In this document: piece by piece, positions 38,445-46,668 of the stretch
Layout of the letters: every line of letters begins with the position of its first letter
How positions within the stretch are numbered: position 1 is the first letter of the stretch
IMG/VR virus record: IMGVR_UViG_3300030107_002762
Coordinates: 1 to 54,989 of that record
Source: a virus
Taxonomy: Duplodnaviria; Caudoviricetes
Strand: one strand, 5' to 3'
DNA: 54,989 nucleotides
Notes under the pieces: generated by a model
The model's input: the letters and a program-made list of their open reading frames with translations, nothing else
Told to the model about the DNA's origin: nothing
The model's database searches: none
Translations under genes and position numbers: made by a program

Positions 38445-38978
38445 TCAGTCAGTTTGCCTGAAGTCACCCTCAATGACATTGGATTCAGTAGAGCGTTTCT
38501 TTATTAATTCTTCGAGTCGAGTGAGTATGTCGTCCTTGGACATCAAATCAATCTTTGCGGTCAGTATCTCGCGTCTATCGATGTAGAGTCCACCAGCTTT
38601 GCCTCGGTGCACTTCGGCTGTTATGGCTGCAGATATCTGTCCTTGGTCCTTGGCTTCTTCTCGCAGGTCGTGGAGCGTGGACAAATGACTTTCTAGAGAA
38701 ACTGCGTCCCTCTCTGAGGCTGCGATTTCTAGATCAATCAGGTAGTTTCGTACAACTGGGTTATGATTGAGTAGTACACTGCCCTGTGTCTTTGCACCCT
38801 TCCTATCCTTTGTATATCCTGCTTTGATAGCAGCTTCAGTAGCTGTTTGCCCTTTTAAATACTCCTTACAAAACTTCTTTTGTTTCGAGTTGAGTGGTTG
38901 CCATATCTTACCTTTGTCGTCAACATATGCTTTACCGTCTTCGGTAGGTATTAATTGCGTGTAAGTCAGCTGTTTCAT
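38445..38978 (-). CDS. terS: Terminase small subunit
   Basis: LNSKQKKFCKEY, ATEAAIKAGY, SAAITAEVHRGK. Confidence 0.88.
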   Translation of the reverse strand: MKQLTYTQLIPTEDGKAYVDDKGKIWQPLNSKQKKFCKEYLKGQTATEAAIKAGYTKDRKGAKTQGSVLLNHNPVVRNYLIDLEIAASERDAVSLESHLSTLHDLREEAKDQGQISAAITAEVHRGKAGGLYIDRREILTAKIDLMSKDDILTRLEELIKKRSTESNVIEGDFRQTD

Positions 38979-39222
38979 ATCCTATAGAGTTATTACAATA
39001 ATAATAGAAAATATTAAAATAAAATAGTTTTCTCGTGCCCTCTAGTGAATCTTACCATATGTTTCTAATAACTAATAGAAAATCTATTACTTTTGATAGA
39101 GACAAGAATCCAATGATATAGACCATTACAGAACGATTCTATTACTATATTAGAGATATTAGTAGTTTTTAACATTTCTTTGAACAAAAAATTTTATTTT
39201 TAAAAACACTAATACGATAAAT

Positions 39223-39256
39223 AAAAACCCCCGCACCACGGAACGTAGCACGGGGG
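39223..39256 (-). terminator. Rho-independent terminator
   Basis: CCCCCG/CGGGGG stem plus U5. Confidence 0.75.
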
Positions 39257-39272
39257 CATTTAATAAAGTTTA

Positions 39273-39953
39273 TTAATAAATACTAAAAGGATCGCAGCGG
39301 AAATCATCCCATAGATGATCAAAGATATCACGAACAGTGATAAAATCTTTTTTCGAGCCGACGCTATACCTAAACCCTAGATTATCTTGGAGCCAATGTA
39401 CAGAGATATCATCATCACCATCTTGATTAGTCGAATACAATACCACAGCATGAGTCACATCAGGATGTATAAGTTTAAGTACACCGTTACTAGACTCGGT
39501 AAAATATTCCGCAGGAAAACAATCTTTAGGAGTATACTTTTTTAAAGTATAGTAAAGACAACGATTACGATCCGTTAAACAAGCAGTAGGTATAAACAAA
39601 GCACACTGAGCATCAGTTTCATAACGAACAAGATCCAACAGCATAGGACCATCACTAAATTTTTTAGGGATATCAAACTTACCAGTAGACTCATAATACT
39701 TTTTAGAATCACGACCAGTACGCTCATAGTATTTATTATAGAAATCACCAGGATTAAATTTTAGCGAAGCATCAAACAGATTAGGCTCGAACAAATCCAA
39801 AGCATTAAACGAAGCAGCGTCATAACATATCAACCAATACCCTAAGAATTCGTTATAATTCTTACGGACTGTTTCGACTAATGCCTGACTGCGCTTTACT
39901 CTTTCTTTTAGAGCTCTAATCAAGTTAGTATTTATATTTATTTTTTCTTTCAT
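39273..39953 (-). CDS. Hypothetical protein
   Basis: 226-aa ORF with RBS, promoter-like site and terminator. Confidence 0.65.
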   Translation of the reverse strand: MKEKININTNLIRALKERVKRSQALVETVRKNYNEFLGYWLICYDAASFNALDLFEPNLFDASLKFNPGDFYNKYYERTGRDSKKYYESTGKFDIPKKFSDGPMLLDLVRYETDAQCALFIPTACLTDRNRCLYYTLKKYTPKDCFPAEYFTESSNGVLKLIHPDVTHAVVLYSTNQDGDDDISVHWLQDNLGFRYSVGSKKDFITVRDIFDHLWDDFRCDPFSIY

Positions 39954-40058
39954 TTTATTTCTCCTTTCTAGGTTAAATCGTAAAAATAATTTTTTACCCC
40001 TATATTATAATTAAGATTTACCACACGATTAAAAGCAGTATTAGAGCATACGAGTAAT

Positions 40059-40091
40059 AAAAAACCCCCGACTGTCGTAAACAATCGGGGG
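40059..40091 (-). terminator. Rho-independent terminator
   Basis: CCCCCGA/TCGGGGG stem plus U6. Confidence 0.8.
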
Positions 40092-40105
40092 CTTCGAATG
40101 TTGGC

Positions 40106-40195
40106 ACTGGTCTTAGGTGCTCTATTTATTATCTTGGCTTCTTAGCCTGTAGAGTCAATCGCTCTCGTTTTTGTAGAGTATGCCTAAAATGCAGT
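40106..40195 (-). ncRNA. Candidate multibranch RNA
   Basis: Nested stems ACUG/CAGU, UUAGG/CCUAA, CUCU/AGAG, CUCUA/UAGAG, GGCU/AGCC. Confidence 0.35.
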
Positions 40196-40209
40196 TCCTG
40201 TTATAAAAT

Positions 40210-40512
40210 TCATTTCTTAAACGGTGCTGATTCGTGACATTGTCGCAATGTTATGTAATGTAGAGGGTAATCACCACCATCCATTTCTAGTATTAAATAA
40301 TCATGATCACCTTTTCGATACGTGTACATAACTACTCCGTTTATATCTGCCTCAACCTTCTCGAAATTATCGTAATCTAAGTCTTCCTCATTTACCATAA
40401 TCTCTCTAGGGTCTGTGCCGTGCTCTCTGCCTCCGACATAGACCTCGGTCGCATAGTTTTTATCAGTGCTTCCGAAGTTTACGTCAGAGTTTATCTCTAT
40501 CCAATCTTTCAT
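40210..40512 (-). CDS. Hypothetical early protein
   Basis: ORF with RBS GGAG. Confidence 0.55.
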   Translation of the reverse strand: MKDWIEINSDVNFGSTDKNYATEVYVGGREHGTDPREIMVNEEDLDYDNFEKVEADINGVVMYTYRKGDHDYLILEMDGGDYPLHYITLRQCHESAPFKK

Positions 40513-40518
40513 ATTATT

Positions 40519-40761
40519 CTACAACTCCTCCGTCTTAGTAACGTCTATCCAATCGAACCCATCTCTAGGTGCGAAATATCGTTTACCGTCAGTGTGGCTG
40601 ACTGCAACTACCTCACCAAAGTCTATTGGTGGAGTAAAATCAGATAATATTTTTTCACATTCTTTCAAAGAAATTTTCTTATCTAATAACCAATATCGAC
40701 TGTCTTTCTCGTAAGCATCACTCGGCTCGGGATAAACCCTTAATTCAAATAATTCATTCAT
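40519..40761 (-). CDS. Hypothetical early protein
   Basis: RBS AAGGAG. Confidence 0.6.
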   Translation of the reverse strand: MNELFELRVYPEPSDAYEKDSRYWLLDKKISLKECEKILSDFTPPIDFGEVVAVSHTDGKRYFAPRDGFDWIDVTKTEEL

Positions 40762-40775
40762 TTTATTTCTCCTTT

Positions 40776-41021
40776 CTATAATTGAAAATAATCAAACTCT
40801 CCAGGAGTTTCTACGCTTTCTACAAGTGTAGTACTTCCCTCCCAGTTATTTATTATCGGATCAGTAGATGTATTCTGTCCTTTAGTGTAGTCGTCTGAGT
40901 TAAGTGTATTCTGCCATATAGTTTCGTATGATTCTATAATCGCTCTAATTACACTCTCTTCGTTCGCACAAGTACAGATTTCTAATATCTCTCCTTGTTT
41001 CGTTTCTATACATAATCGCAT
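40776..41021 (-). CDS. Hypothetical early protein
   Basis: NWEG motif shared with 41128-41472. Confidence 0.55.
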   Translation of the reverse strand: MRLCIETKQGEILEICTCANEESVIRAIIESYETIWQNTLNSDDYTKGQNTSTDPIINNWEGSTTLVESVETPGEFDYFQL

Positions 41022-41071
41022 ATCTTTCTCTCTTTCTTACGCTTCGGAATAATTTCCTAACGCTTATATAT

Positions 41072-41103
41072 ATTATAAAGGGGAGCAAACCCACTTTAAA
41101 GCA
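41072..41103 (-). promoter_or_regulatory. Early promoter TTTAAA-N17-TATAAT
   Basis: ACTGC-TTTA variant of the motif. Confidence 0.65.
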
Positions 41104-41127
41104 GTACGCGAAACGCCAAGCGACGCT

Positions 41128-41472
41128 CTACGCAGTCTCGTCAGTGGGTATTGCTTCTAAATCACCATTACCCAAATACCAATACTCGATATCGATATGA
41201 TCTACAGCGATAATCTCGGCACCCTCCCAGTTTTGTAGTATCCAGTCATTCGTCAGCTCTCCTGCATGTCTATCGATTAGTCCGAGTTGGTTATCGATCA
41301 CTTTAGTCCAGAGCTCACCATAAAGTTCTTCTACTTTTTGGAAGTCTTCTACTGTACCTTTAAACATCAGCTGTCTACCTTTCGGACTACTAATTGTGTA
41401 ATTAGTTTTTCTAGTCTTAATCGCAGCTTCTGTAGGGTCTACTAAGTAAAACTCATAAATTCTATCGGTCAT
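41128..41472 (-). CDS. Hypothetical early protein
   Basis: RBS GGAGG; ATGA overlap with the upstream gene. Confidence 0.6.
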   Translation of the reverse strand: MTDRIYEFYLVDPTEAAIKTRKTNYTISSPKGRQLMFKGTVEDFQKVEELYGELWTKVIDNQLGLIDRHAGELTNDWILQNWEGAEIIAVDHIDIEYWYLGNGDLEAIPTDETA

Positions 41473-41672
41473 ACTTTTTTACCTCCCATAGGGTCAGCTA
41501 GAGCAACGTATGGATCGTCGCCGTCATATTCGAACATCTCTAATGCTTTATTTCGAACATGGTTAGCCGTGTAACGCTCCATAGCTTCTCTACATTTTTC
41601 TTTAGTCGCACCGTATACTCTAGGTACGCCCACCTCGATACATTTTCCAACGTATACTTTTTTCTTAGTCAT
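41469..41672 (-). CDS. Hypothetical early protein
   Basis: RBS AAGGAG and upstream promoter. Confidence 0.6.
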   Translation of the reverse strand: MTKKKVYVGKCIEVGVPRVYGATKEKCREAMERYTANHVRNKALEMFEYDGDDPYVALADPMGGKKV

Positions 41673-41707
41673 AACTTTCTCCTTTCTTATTAATAGTTAT
41701 TAAGTAC

Positions 41708-41739
41708 ATTTTACTTACGAATACCGCCAAAGTAAAGCA
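41708..41739 (-). promoter_or_regulatory. Early promoter TTTACT-N17-TAAAAT
   Basis: Repeated motif. Confidence 0.75.
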
Positions 41740-41754
41740 GTAATACCAAAGGGC

Positions 41755-41827
41755 GAGTGCTTTCGTCAGACAACTGCACTCTAAGTTGTTATGACAGGGA
41801 AAATGAAAGTACATAAAACCTGCTGAC
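41755..41827 (-). ncRNA. Candidate three-way-junction pseudoknot RNA
   Basis: P1 GUCAG/CUGAC, P2 CAGG/CCUG, P3 ACAACU/AGUUGU; loop GAGUGC pairs with 3' GCACUC. Confidence 0.6.
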
Positions 41828-41841
41828 TTCAACCTTCCTAC

Positions 41842-42009
41842 TTAGGTTGAATGCTCCTCTGCTTCATAATCATTCCAATCTAAATAAAGGCATAAGTTCC
41901 AACCCTCATCATTTTCGTCAGCTATTTTTATAGCTTCCTCTTTTGAGTTTGCTTCGACTATGATTTCGTATAACACTTTTTGAATTGCTGTAACTCTATA
42001 TGTCTTCAT
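41842..42009 (-). CDS. 55-aa protein, absent from the ORF track
   Basis: MKTYRVTA...IVEANSKEEAIKIA; RBS AGGAGG. Confidence 0.65.
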   Translation of the reverse strand: MKTYRVTAIQKVLYEIIVEANSKEEAIKIADENDEGWNLCLYLDWNDYEAEEHST

Positions 42010-42206
42010 GCTTCCTCCTTAAACTTTCGTAATAAAAAGTCTTGGTTAGCTTCAAAATAATCTGTTTTACTCAGGACTTCTTGCTCACCATACGCTTCTT
42101 TTTCGAGTAGATATGCTTGGTACATATTATCAAAAAAGATTTCGTATGGGCTACGTTTATCCGACCATGAGTAATTATATTCTGCAATTAATTTTTTTAT
42201 ATTCAT
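42006..42206 (-). CDS. Hypothetical early protein
   Basis: Coupled ORF. Confidence 0.55.
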   Translation of the reverse strand: MNIKKLIAEYNYSWSDKRSPYEIFFDNMYQAYLLEKEAYGEQEVLSKTDYFEANQDFLLRKFKEEA

Positions 42207-42208
42207 AT

Positions 42209-42496
42209 TTAATCTAAACCTCGCGTATGCTGTTTTACATATTCAGGACTAAAGTCCTCTGGTGGACCTTCAGCAATATACGAATAAGTATGATCTAAAT
42301 ACTGTTCTAAAAACCTCAAAACATCGCTTTTGTAGAGTTTATCGGAAGGTCCATAAACTTTTTCAAAGTCGAGTAATACCTCGACCACCCAGTCATGAGC
42401 CTCCATTATCTGTTTATCGGTAAAGTTCTCGTATTGTAAATGCTCAGTAATATATTTGAGCGACTGATTTTTAATCTCACTTGTGGTCAACATCAT
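42209..42496 (-). CDS. Hypothetical early protein
   Basis: RBS GGAGG. Confidence 0.55.
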   Translation of the reverse strand: MMLTTSEIKNQSLKYITEHLQYENFTDKQIMEAHDWVVEVLLDFEKVYGPSDKLYKSDVLRFLEQYLDHTYSYIAEGPPEDFSPEYVKQHTRGLD

Positions 42497-42698
42497 CAGC
42501 CTCCTCTTTACTTAGTAGTGTCTTTACACGATCAACCGTCTGCTTTTCCATTTCTAGCATAAGTATGCGGTTTTTCAGGGCTAGTATTTCGTCAACAAGT
42601 TTTTTATTGACGTCCTCTTGTGATTTTTGAGTATCGACAACTTTACGTATAGTCTGCGTAAGAGTGTCTAGTAACTCAAGTATCATTTTTTCGTTCAT
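42477..42698 (-). CDS. Coiled-coil hypothetical protein
   Basis: RBS AAGGAG and upstream promoter. Confidence 0.6.
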   Translation of the reverse strand: MNEKMILELLDTLTQTIRKVVDTQKSQEDVNKKLVDEILALKNRILMLEMEKQTVDRVKTLLSKEEADDVDHK

Positions 42699-42732
42699 AA
42701 CTTTCTCCTTTCTTGTTATTAGTTATTATTAA

Positions 42733-42764
42733 ATTATAGGTACGAGTATTAGCAAAGTAAAGCA
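42733..42764 (-). promoter_or_regulatory. Early promoter TTTACT-N17-TATAAT
   Basis: Repeated motif. Confidence 0.8.
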
Positions 42765-42968
42765 CTATACCAAGCCCCTGACTTTAGCCATACGTTTAGA
42801 CATACGATAAATTGCACGACCACATTTAGGGTCTAAAAATATCGTAGGCTCACGTTGTTCGTTTCCCTGGTGATCTCTATTCATACGTTGTACGTGTTTA
42901 GCTTGTCGCCAATCGACCCCACCTTTTTTCAAAACTTTACGTAACAATCTAGCTTTCTTACTATTCAT
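42765..42968 (-). CDS. Basic hypothetical protein
   Basis: MNSKKARLLRK, CGRAIYR. Confidence 0.55.
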   Translation of the reverse strand: MNSKKARLLRKVLKKGGVDWRQAKHVQRMNRDHQGNEQREPTIFLDPKCGRAIYRMSKRMAKVRGLV

Positions 42969-43264
42969 CCGCCAATATTGATCACAGGTAATTCGTTATA
43001 ATCTTTATACTCCATATCTAATAAAAACCTATCCATAACCATAGGGTCATCTATATTTGGAATATTAAATACGGCTCGTACTTCGATATCGTTATGATCA
43101 AGAGTCATAACAATCGGAAATTTAACCGTTTCATGATCTAGTTCTAACTCGCTAATCGTTTCGTTAATTTTATACATATCAGGGTATTGATTTTTATTGG
43201 TACGTTCCGCTTGTTCTACTAGCTTTTCTAGTATTGGAATTGTTGCATATTTAATTTTTTGCAT
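42965..43264 (-). CDS. Hypothetical protein
   Basis: Coupled ORF. Confidence 0.55.
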   Translation of the reverse strand: MQKIKYATIPILEKLVEQAERTNKNQYPDMYKINETISELELDHETVKFPIVMTLDHNDIEVRAVFNIPNIDDPMVMDRFLLDMEYKDYNELPVINIGG

Positions 43265-43265
43265 A

Positions 43266-43697
43266 TTACCACCATACCGTCATTACTGCACCACGTTCTG
43301 AAGCTACGCGAAACAAAGTCTCTAAATCACAAACTTCTTTAAAAGTATATTCCCAACCGTGCTCACTTTGATAAATAATAGTATCGTCTTCAACCACTTC
43401 ATCAAGTTCATCTGCGTCTTCTAACTTAGCCGTAATCAACTGACCTAACGCGTCGGCTTGTTGTTTTAATTCTTGGCTAGTAATATGAGCGTCTTCGCCT
43501 TCAATATGCCAAAGATAGGGCTGCCCCATAAGTTCACCTACTAATGGTTCATAAGCTTTACCTCTAAATGAACCATCACTACCACTACCACTAAACATAC
43601 CACCGCACAAATTAATATCTTTGATACGGTCATCATCTTCATAAGTAAACCCTTTATCACGGTCGTTGCCGTGAACTATATAACAATCTAAACCCAT
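43266..43697 (-). CDS. Hypothetical protein (MGLD N-terminus, WW C-terminus)
   Basis: MGLD start, SFRGKAY; RBS GGAGG. Confidence 0.6.
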   Translation of the reverse strand: MGLDCYIVHGNDRDKGFTYEDDDRIKDINLCGGMFSGSGSDGSFRGKAYEPLVGELMGQPYLWHIEGEDAHITSQELKQQADALGQLITAKLEDADELDEVVEDDTIIYQSEHGWEYTFKEVCDLETLFRVASERGAVMTVWW

Positions 43698-43699
43698 GA

Positions 43700-43837
43700 T
43701 TACCTCCCTATATGTTTGATGTCGTCTTTAGGGATAACCTGATAGGCTCCTTTATTATACGCAGGAGCAATAGTGTATTGACTACTAATGCGTCTACGCT
43801 CCTCTGGTGATAATGGTTTATCGTCTTTTTTATTCAT
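43700..43837 (-). CDS. 45-aa protein, absent from the ORF track
   Basis: QYTIAPAYNKGAYQVI; RBS AAGGAG and upstream promoter. Confidence 0.7.
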   Translation of the reverse strand: MNKKDDKPLSPEERRRISSQYTIAPAYNKGAYQVIPKDDIKHIGR

Positions 43838-43870
43838 AACTTTCTCCTTTCTTGTTTAGTTATAGTATAT

Positions 43871-43902
43871 ATATTAAACGCCAATATTAGCAAAGTAAAG
43901 CA
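43871..43902 (-). promoter_or_regulatory. Early promoter TTTACT-N17-TAATAT
   Basis: Repeated motif. Confidence 0.75.
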
Positions 43903-43937
43903 CTATTAAACACCACGTAAATACCAAGACATAAAAA

Positions 43938-44108
43938 CTATCGGGGATCATCTACTTGCTGTTCTTTTTCTTCTACGAAATCGTAGAGTCTATTGATAAA
44001 CTGTCCGCTAGTATATCCGTTAATCGAATCATCAAATAACCACACACTTAATTCCGTGACGGTAGTTTCAACAACTTCGCCGTTCTCTTTAATAAATTGT
44101 ACTTTCAT
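43938..44108 (-). CDS. 56-aa hypothetical protein, absent from the ORF track
   Basis: MKVQFIKENGEVVET...; ATGA overlap. Confidence 0.5.
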   Translation of the reverse strand: MKVQFIKENGEVVETTVTELSVWLFDDSINGYTSGQFINRLYDFVEEKEQQVDDPR

Positions 44109-44302
44109 GCTTTTTCCTCTTTAAGTTTTTGACTAAGTTCAAAAATTTTATCAACCGATAAATTTACGGCTTTTTCACAACGTTCCATCCTATAACTGTT
44201 ATCATTTTGTCTTCTCCAATAATTACGAATAGCTTTTAAGGTATCCAACCTATTCCTTTCTTTTCTAATCTCTTTTCTAATCTCTTCAATTTTATCTTTC
44301 AT
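44105..44302 (-). CDS. Coiled-coil hypothetical protein
   Basis: RBS GGAG before MKDKIEE. Confidence 0.55.
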   Translation of the reverse strand: MKDKIEEIRKEIRKERNRLDTLKAIRNYWRRQNDNSYRMERCEKAVNLSVDKIFELSQKLKEEKA

Positions 44303-44317
44303 GTTTTCTCCAAAGTG

Positions 44318-44374
44318 GTGAGTGTACGAACAATAGCGTAACATCGGGACTATTTACAGTGTCCGCACACTCAC
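44318..44374 (-). other. Long intergenic RNA hairpin, possible RNase III site
   Basis: 15-bp stem with two G-U pairs on the minus strand. Confidence 0.55.
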
Positions 44375-44380
44375 AGGTAA

Positions 44381-44737
44381 TTATACCTTCGAAAAGTAAC
44401 CTTCGTCTTTCAATCTTTTAGTATAAAACCTAAAGATTCTCATAGGTTCTTGACCAGTAATCAAATTACCTTGTTTAACAGCAAGTTTAACCAAATCTTG
44501 TGCTGTAAAGCTAGATGAGTCAAGCTCACCTTTTTTAGCTTCTTGTACAGTTTTGATTAAAGCTATCATCTGTGCAGTTTTGCACTCGATTTTTTTACCA
44601 CTGTACTTATATAAAGTACGTGCTGAGCCTTTACTGGCTTGTTTTGGTTCAGGGATAGTTACCCCATTACCTTTTGCTGTCTTTTTGACAGCAGGTCTTC
44701 TTTTTACAGAAGTTGAAGTTGAAGTTTGCGTTTGCAT
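44381..44737 (-). CDS. Hypothetical protein (paralog family A), possibly DNA-binding
   Basis: RBS AAGGAG before MQTQ; TGQEPMRIFRFY. Confidence 0.65.
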   Translation of the reverse strand: MQTQTSTSTSVKRRPAVKKTAKGNGVTIPEPKQASKGSARTLYKYSGKKIECKTAQMIALIKTVQEAKKGELDSSSFTAQDLVKLAVKQGNLITGQEPMRIFRFYTKRLKDEGYFSKV

Positions 44738-44792
44738 ATCTTTCTCCTTTCTATTGTTAAAATTACCTACCTTGTGGTAGAACATAGTACCT

Positions 44793-44824
44793 ATTCTGCC
44801 TTAGATTAAAACGAAAGTAAAGCA
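44793..44824 (-). promoter_or_regulatory. Early promoter TTTACT-N17-CAGAAT
   Basis: Repeated motif. Confidence 0.65.
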
Positions 44825-44832
44825 GTATAGGA

Positions 44833-45036
44833 TTAGTCTTGATCAACGTAATTACGATTAGCCCCATAAAGATAATCTTCAATACTATCTTTTACGCCTT
44901 TCGTATCGTCTACAGGACTGATAACCGTAAGACTTAATTCTAGTAAAGTTCGAGCCTTCATTAAATCGTCAGCTAATTTATTTACGTGTTTTTCTAAGTC
45001 TTTTACGTATTGCTCAGGGTCTAGTCTTTTCTCCAT
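44833..45036 (-). CDS. Hypothetical protein
   Basis: Coupled ORF. Confidence 0.5.
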   Translation of the reverse strand: MEKRLDPEQYVKDLEKHVNKLADDLMKARTLLELSLTVISPVDDTKGVKDSIEDYLYGANRNYVDQD

Positions 45037-45305
45037 ATCCTTACTCCTGATTGTTCTCTATCACCAACACCGATCTTTTCTAGACGGTATCTGATTATAA
45101 AATGCTGCTCAGGGTCTTGTTTTTTACCAAACGTCCGAGTAGCTTGTGATAAACGGTTTTTCATACGTTGGGCGTTATCACCTTCTTCCAACGGTATAAA
45201 AATAGAGTCACCTACTTCCATATCAGCAAAAGGGTAGTTTGATCTACTCCTAGTATCTTCAGGAAGGGGTATACCTTTTTCTATTTTAATTTCAAAATCA
45301 GCCAT
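45021..45305 (-). CDS. Small putative DNA-binding phage protein
   Basis: IEKGIPLP, YPFADMEVGDSIF, GVRIWR. Confidence 0.6.
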   Translation of the reverse strand: MADFEIKIEKGIPLPEDTRSRSNYPFADMEVGDSIFIPLEEGDNAQRMKNRLSQATRTFGKKQDPEQHFIIRYRLEKIGVGDREQSGVRIWRKD

Positions 45306-45546
45306 TTAAATCCTCCTCTGGGTTAGAAAAATGGACTAAGCCCTTTTCTTGTAAAAAGTCTTTCCAAAAAGCCAATAGAGTAACAGTATCACCATCGGCG
45401 ACACCTGCTAACTCTTGGCAACCTTGCGTAATCATAGTGTCGGACACTACCTGAGCCAAGTCTTCTAGACCTGACTCATGTAGAGCAACCCATATCATAC
45501 TCATGACCTCATGGTCAAATTTATAGTGTGTAGGGTTATCAGACAT
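45298..45546 (-). CDS. Hypothetical protein
   Basis: Coupled ORF. Confidence 0.55.
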   Translation of the reverse strand: MSDNPTHYKFDHEVMSMIWVALHESGLEDLAQVVSDTMITQGCQELAGVADGDTVTLLAFWKDFLQEKGLVHFSNPEEDLNG

Positions 45547-46580
45547 TAGGCAGTCTCCGCATATTTAATAGCTAAATCTAATGCTTTAGCTTTGCGGTTA
45601 GCTGCCACGCCGAACCAAGAGCTGTGTAAGCTGTTACCTTTTTCGTGCGACTCACGTAAGTGGTCTTCTACGTAGGTAACTGCATTTAACGCACCCCACC
45701 AAGTACCTTTAGAAGAAGCTAGATTGGCTCCTGGCTGTTGCTCAAGAGCGTCTACTACCAACTTAGGGTACTTATTGAACTGCTCGATAAGTGGTGCTTG
45801 TTCACCAATTAACTTACCATCAGCTTTTAGTTTAGCTTCATGACGATACGTCAACATAGTATTAGGTTGATATAACTCACCTACGAAGTCTAAAAACTGC
45901 GGGTGTTTAGCTTTCTTGTTAGAAAGGAACTCCGCCGCTTCTTTAAACTTAGACATCTTCTGTGCTGATAGACCTAACGCCTCCTCAGCAGCTTCCATGA
46001 CGTCTACCCCAAACTCTTTAACGTGTGGCATACGGAATGACGCCGTACCTTTCTCGCCTAGAGCAAAAGTAAGAGTGTTATTACAAACAACTCTTATCGG
46101 GGTAAGTTTAATAGTCATCGACTTACCTACTACGTGCGGTTGGTGTATTAAAAGATACCCTTTAATATGGTCTTCACCCGCAAGTTCGAAGTCCTCAGAA
46201 ATTTTGGCTAAGCCCCAAATTTCTCCACCGTCTTTTAAACTACCTGCGGTTTCCATTTTCATGTGACCCGCTTCAGTAAAGCGTTTAAAAAACTCAAATA
46301 TGTCCTTATTTTGGACAGGGATATAATCCCTACCACAATGACTAAGAACACGGTTATCAGAATCGCGAACGATGTGGAAAGTATTTTCCGCTTGGATTAA
46401 TCCAACATCGTCGCCCCACTCAGGTGCGTCAAGCGTATAACTAGGACGTTTACTAACTGTCCAGTCTAGACCTGCTGCCTCCTGCATTTGTAATGGCGTA
46501 AGGTCATCACTTACTTCGACACCTAATCCGTGCCAAGGTACTTGATTTGCCCATGCCATTGTTTCTACTTGATGTGCCAT
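45546..46580 (-). CDS. DUF932/DUF945 family protein
   Basis: VPWHGLG, AGLDWTV, ETAGSL, TPIRVVCNNTL, GTWWGALNAVT. Confidence 0.85.
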   Translation of the reverse strand: MAHQVETMAWANQVPWHGLGVEVSDDLTPLQMQEAAGLDWTVSKRPSYTLDAPEWGDDVGLIQAENTFHIVRDSDNRVLSHCGRDYIPVQNKDIFEFFKRFTEAGHMKMETAGSLKDGGEIWGLAKISEDFELAGEDHIKGYLLIHQPHVVGKSMTIKLTPIRVVCNNTLTFALGEKGTASFRMPHVKEFGVDVMEAAEEALGLSAQKMSKFKEAAEFLSNKKAKHPQFLDFVGELYQPNTMLTYRHEAKLKADGKLIGEQAPLIEQFNKYPKLVVDALEQQPGANLASSKGTWWGALNAVTYVEDHLRESHEKGNSLHSSWFGVAANRKAKALDLAIKYAETA

Positions 46581-46635
46581 AAAACCTCCGTTTTGTTTGC
46601 ACTGTTATAATGAGCGTAGTTGTTAGCTACCCGTA

Positions 46636-46668
46636 TATTTAAAAGTACAGCCTTAAGAAAGTAAAGCA
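46636..46668 (-). promoter_or_regulatory. Early promoter (TGCTTTACTTT with a weak -10)
   Basis: Repeated motif, overlapping the end of the upstream gene. Confidence 0.55.

Noticed and set aside
40100-40190. tRNA-like element ending in UGCCA
   Set aside because: No T-loop (UUCRA) or canonical cloverleaf; no tRNA was recognised anywhere in the window
41755-41775. CUGACGA/GAAA resembling a hammerhead ribozyme core
   Set aside because: The two motifs overlap with no stem II between them, so it is not a hammerhead
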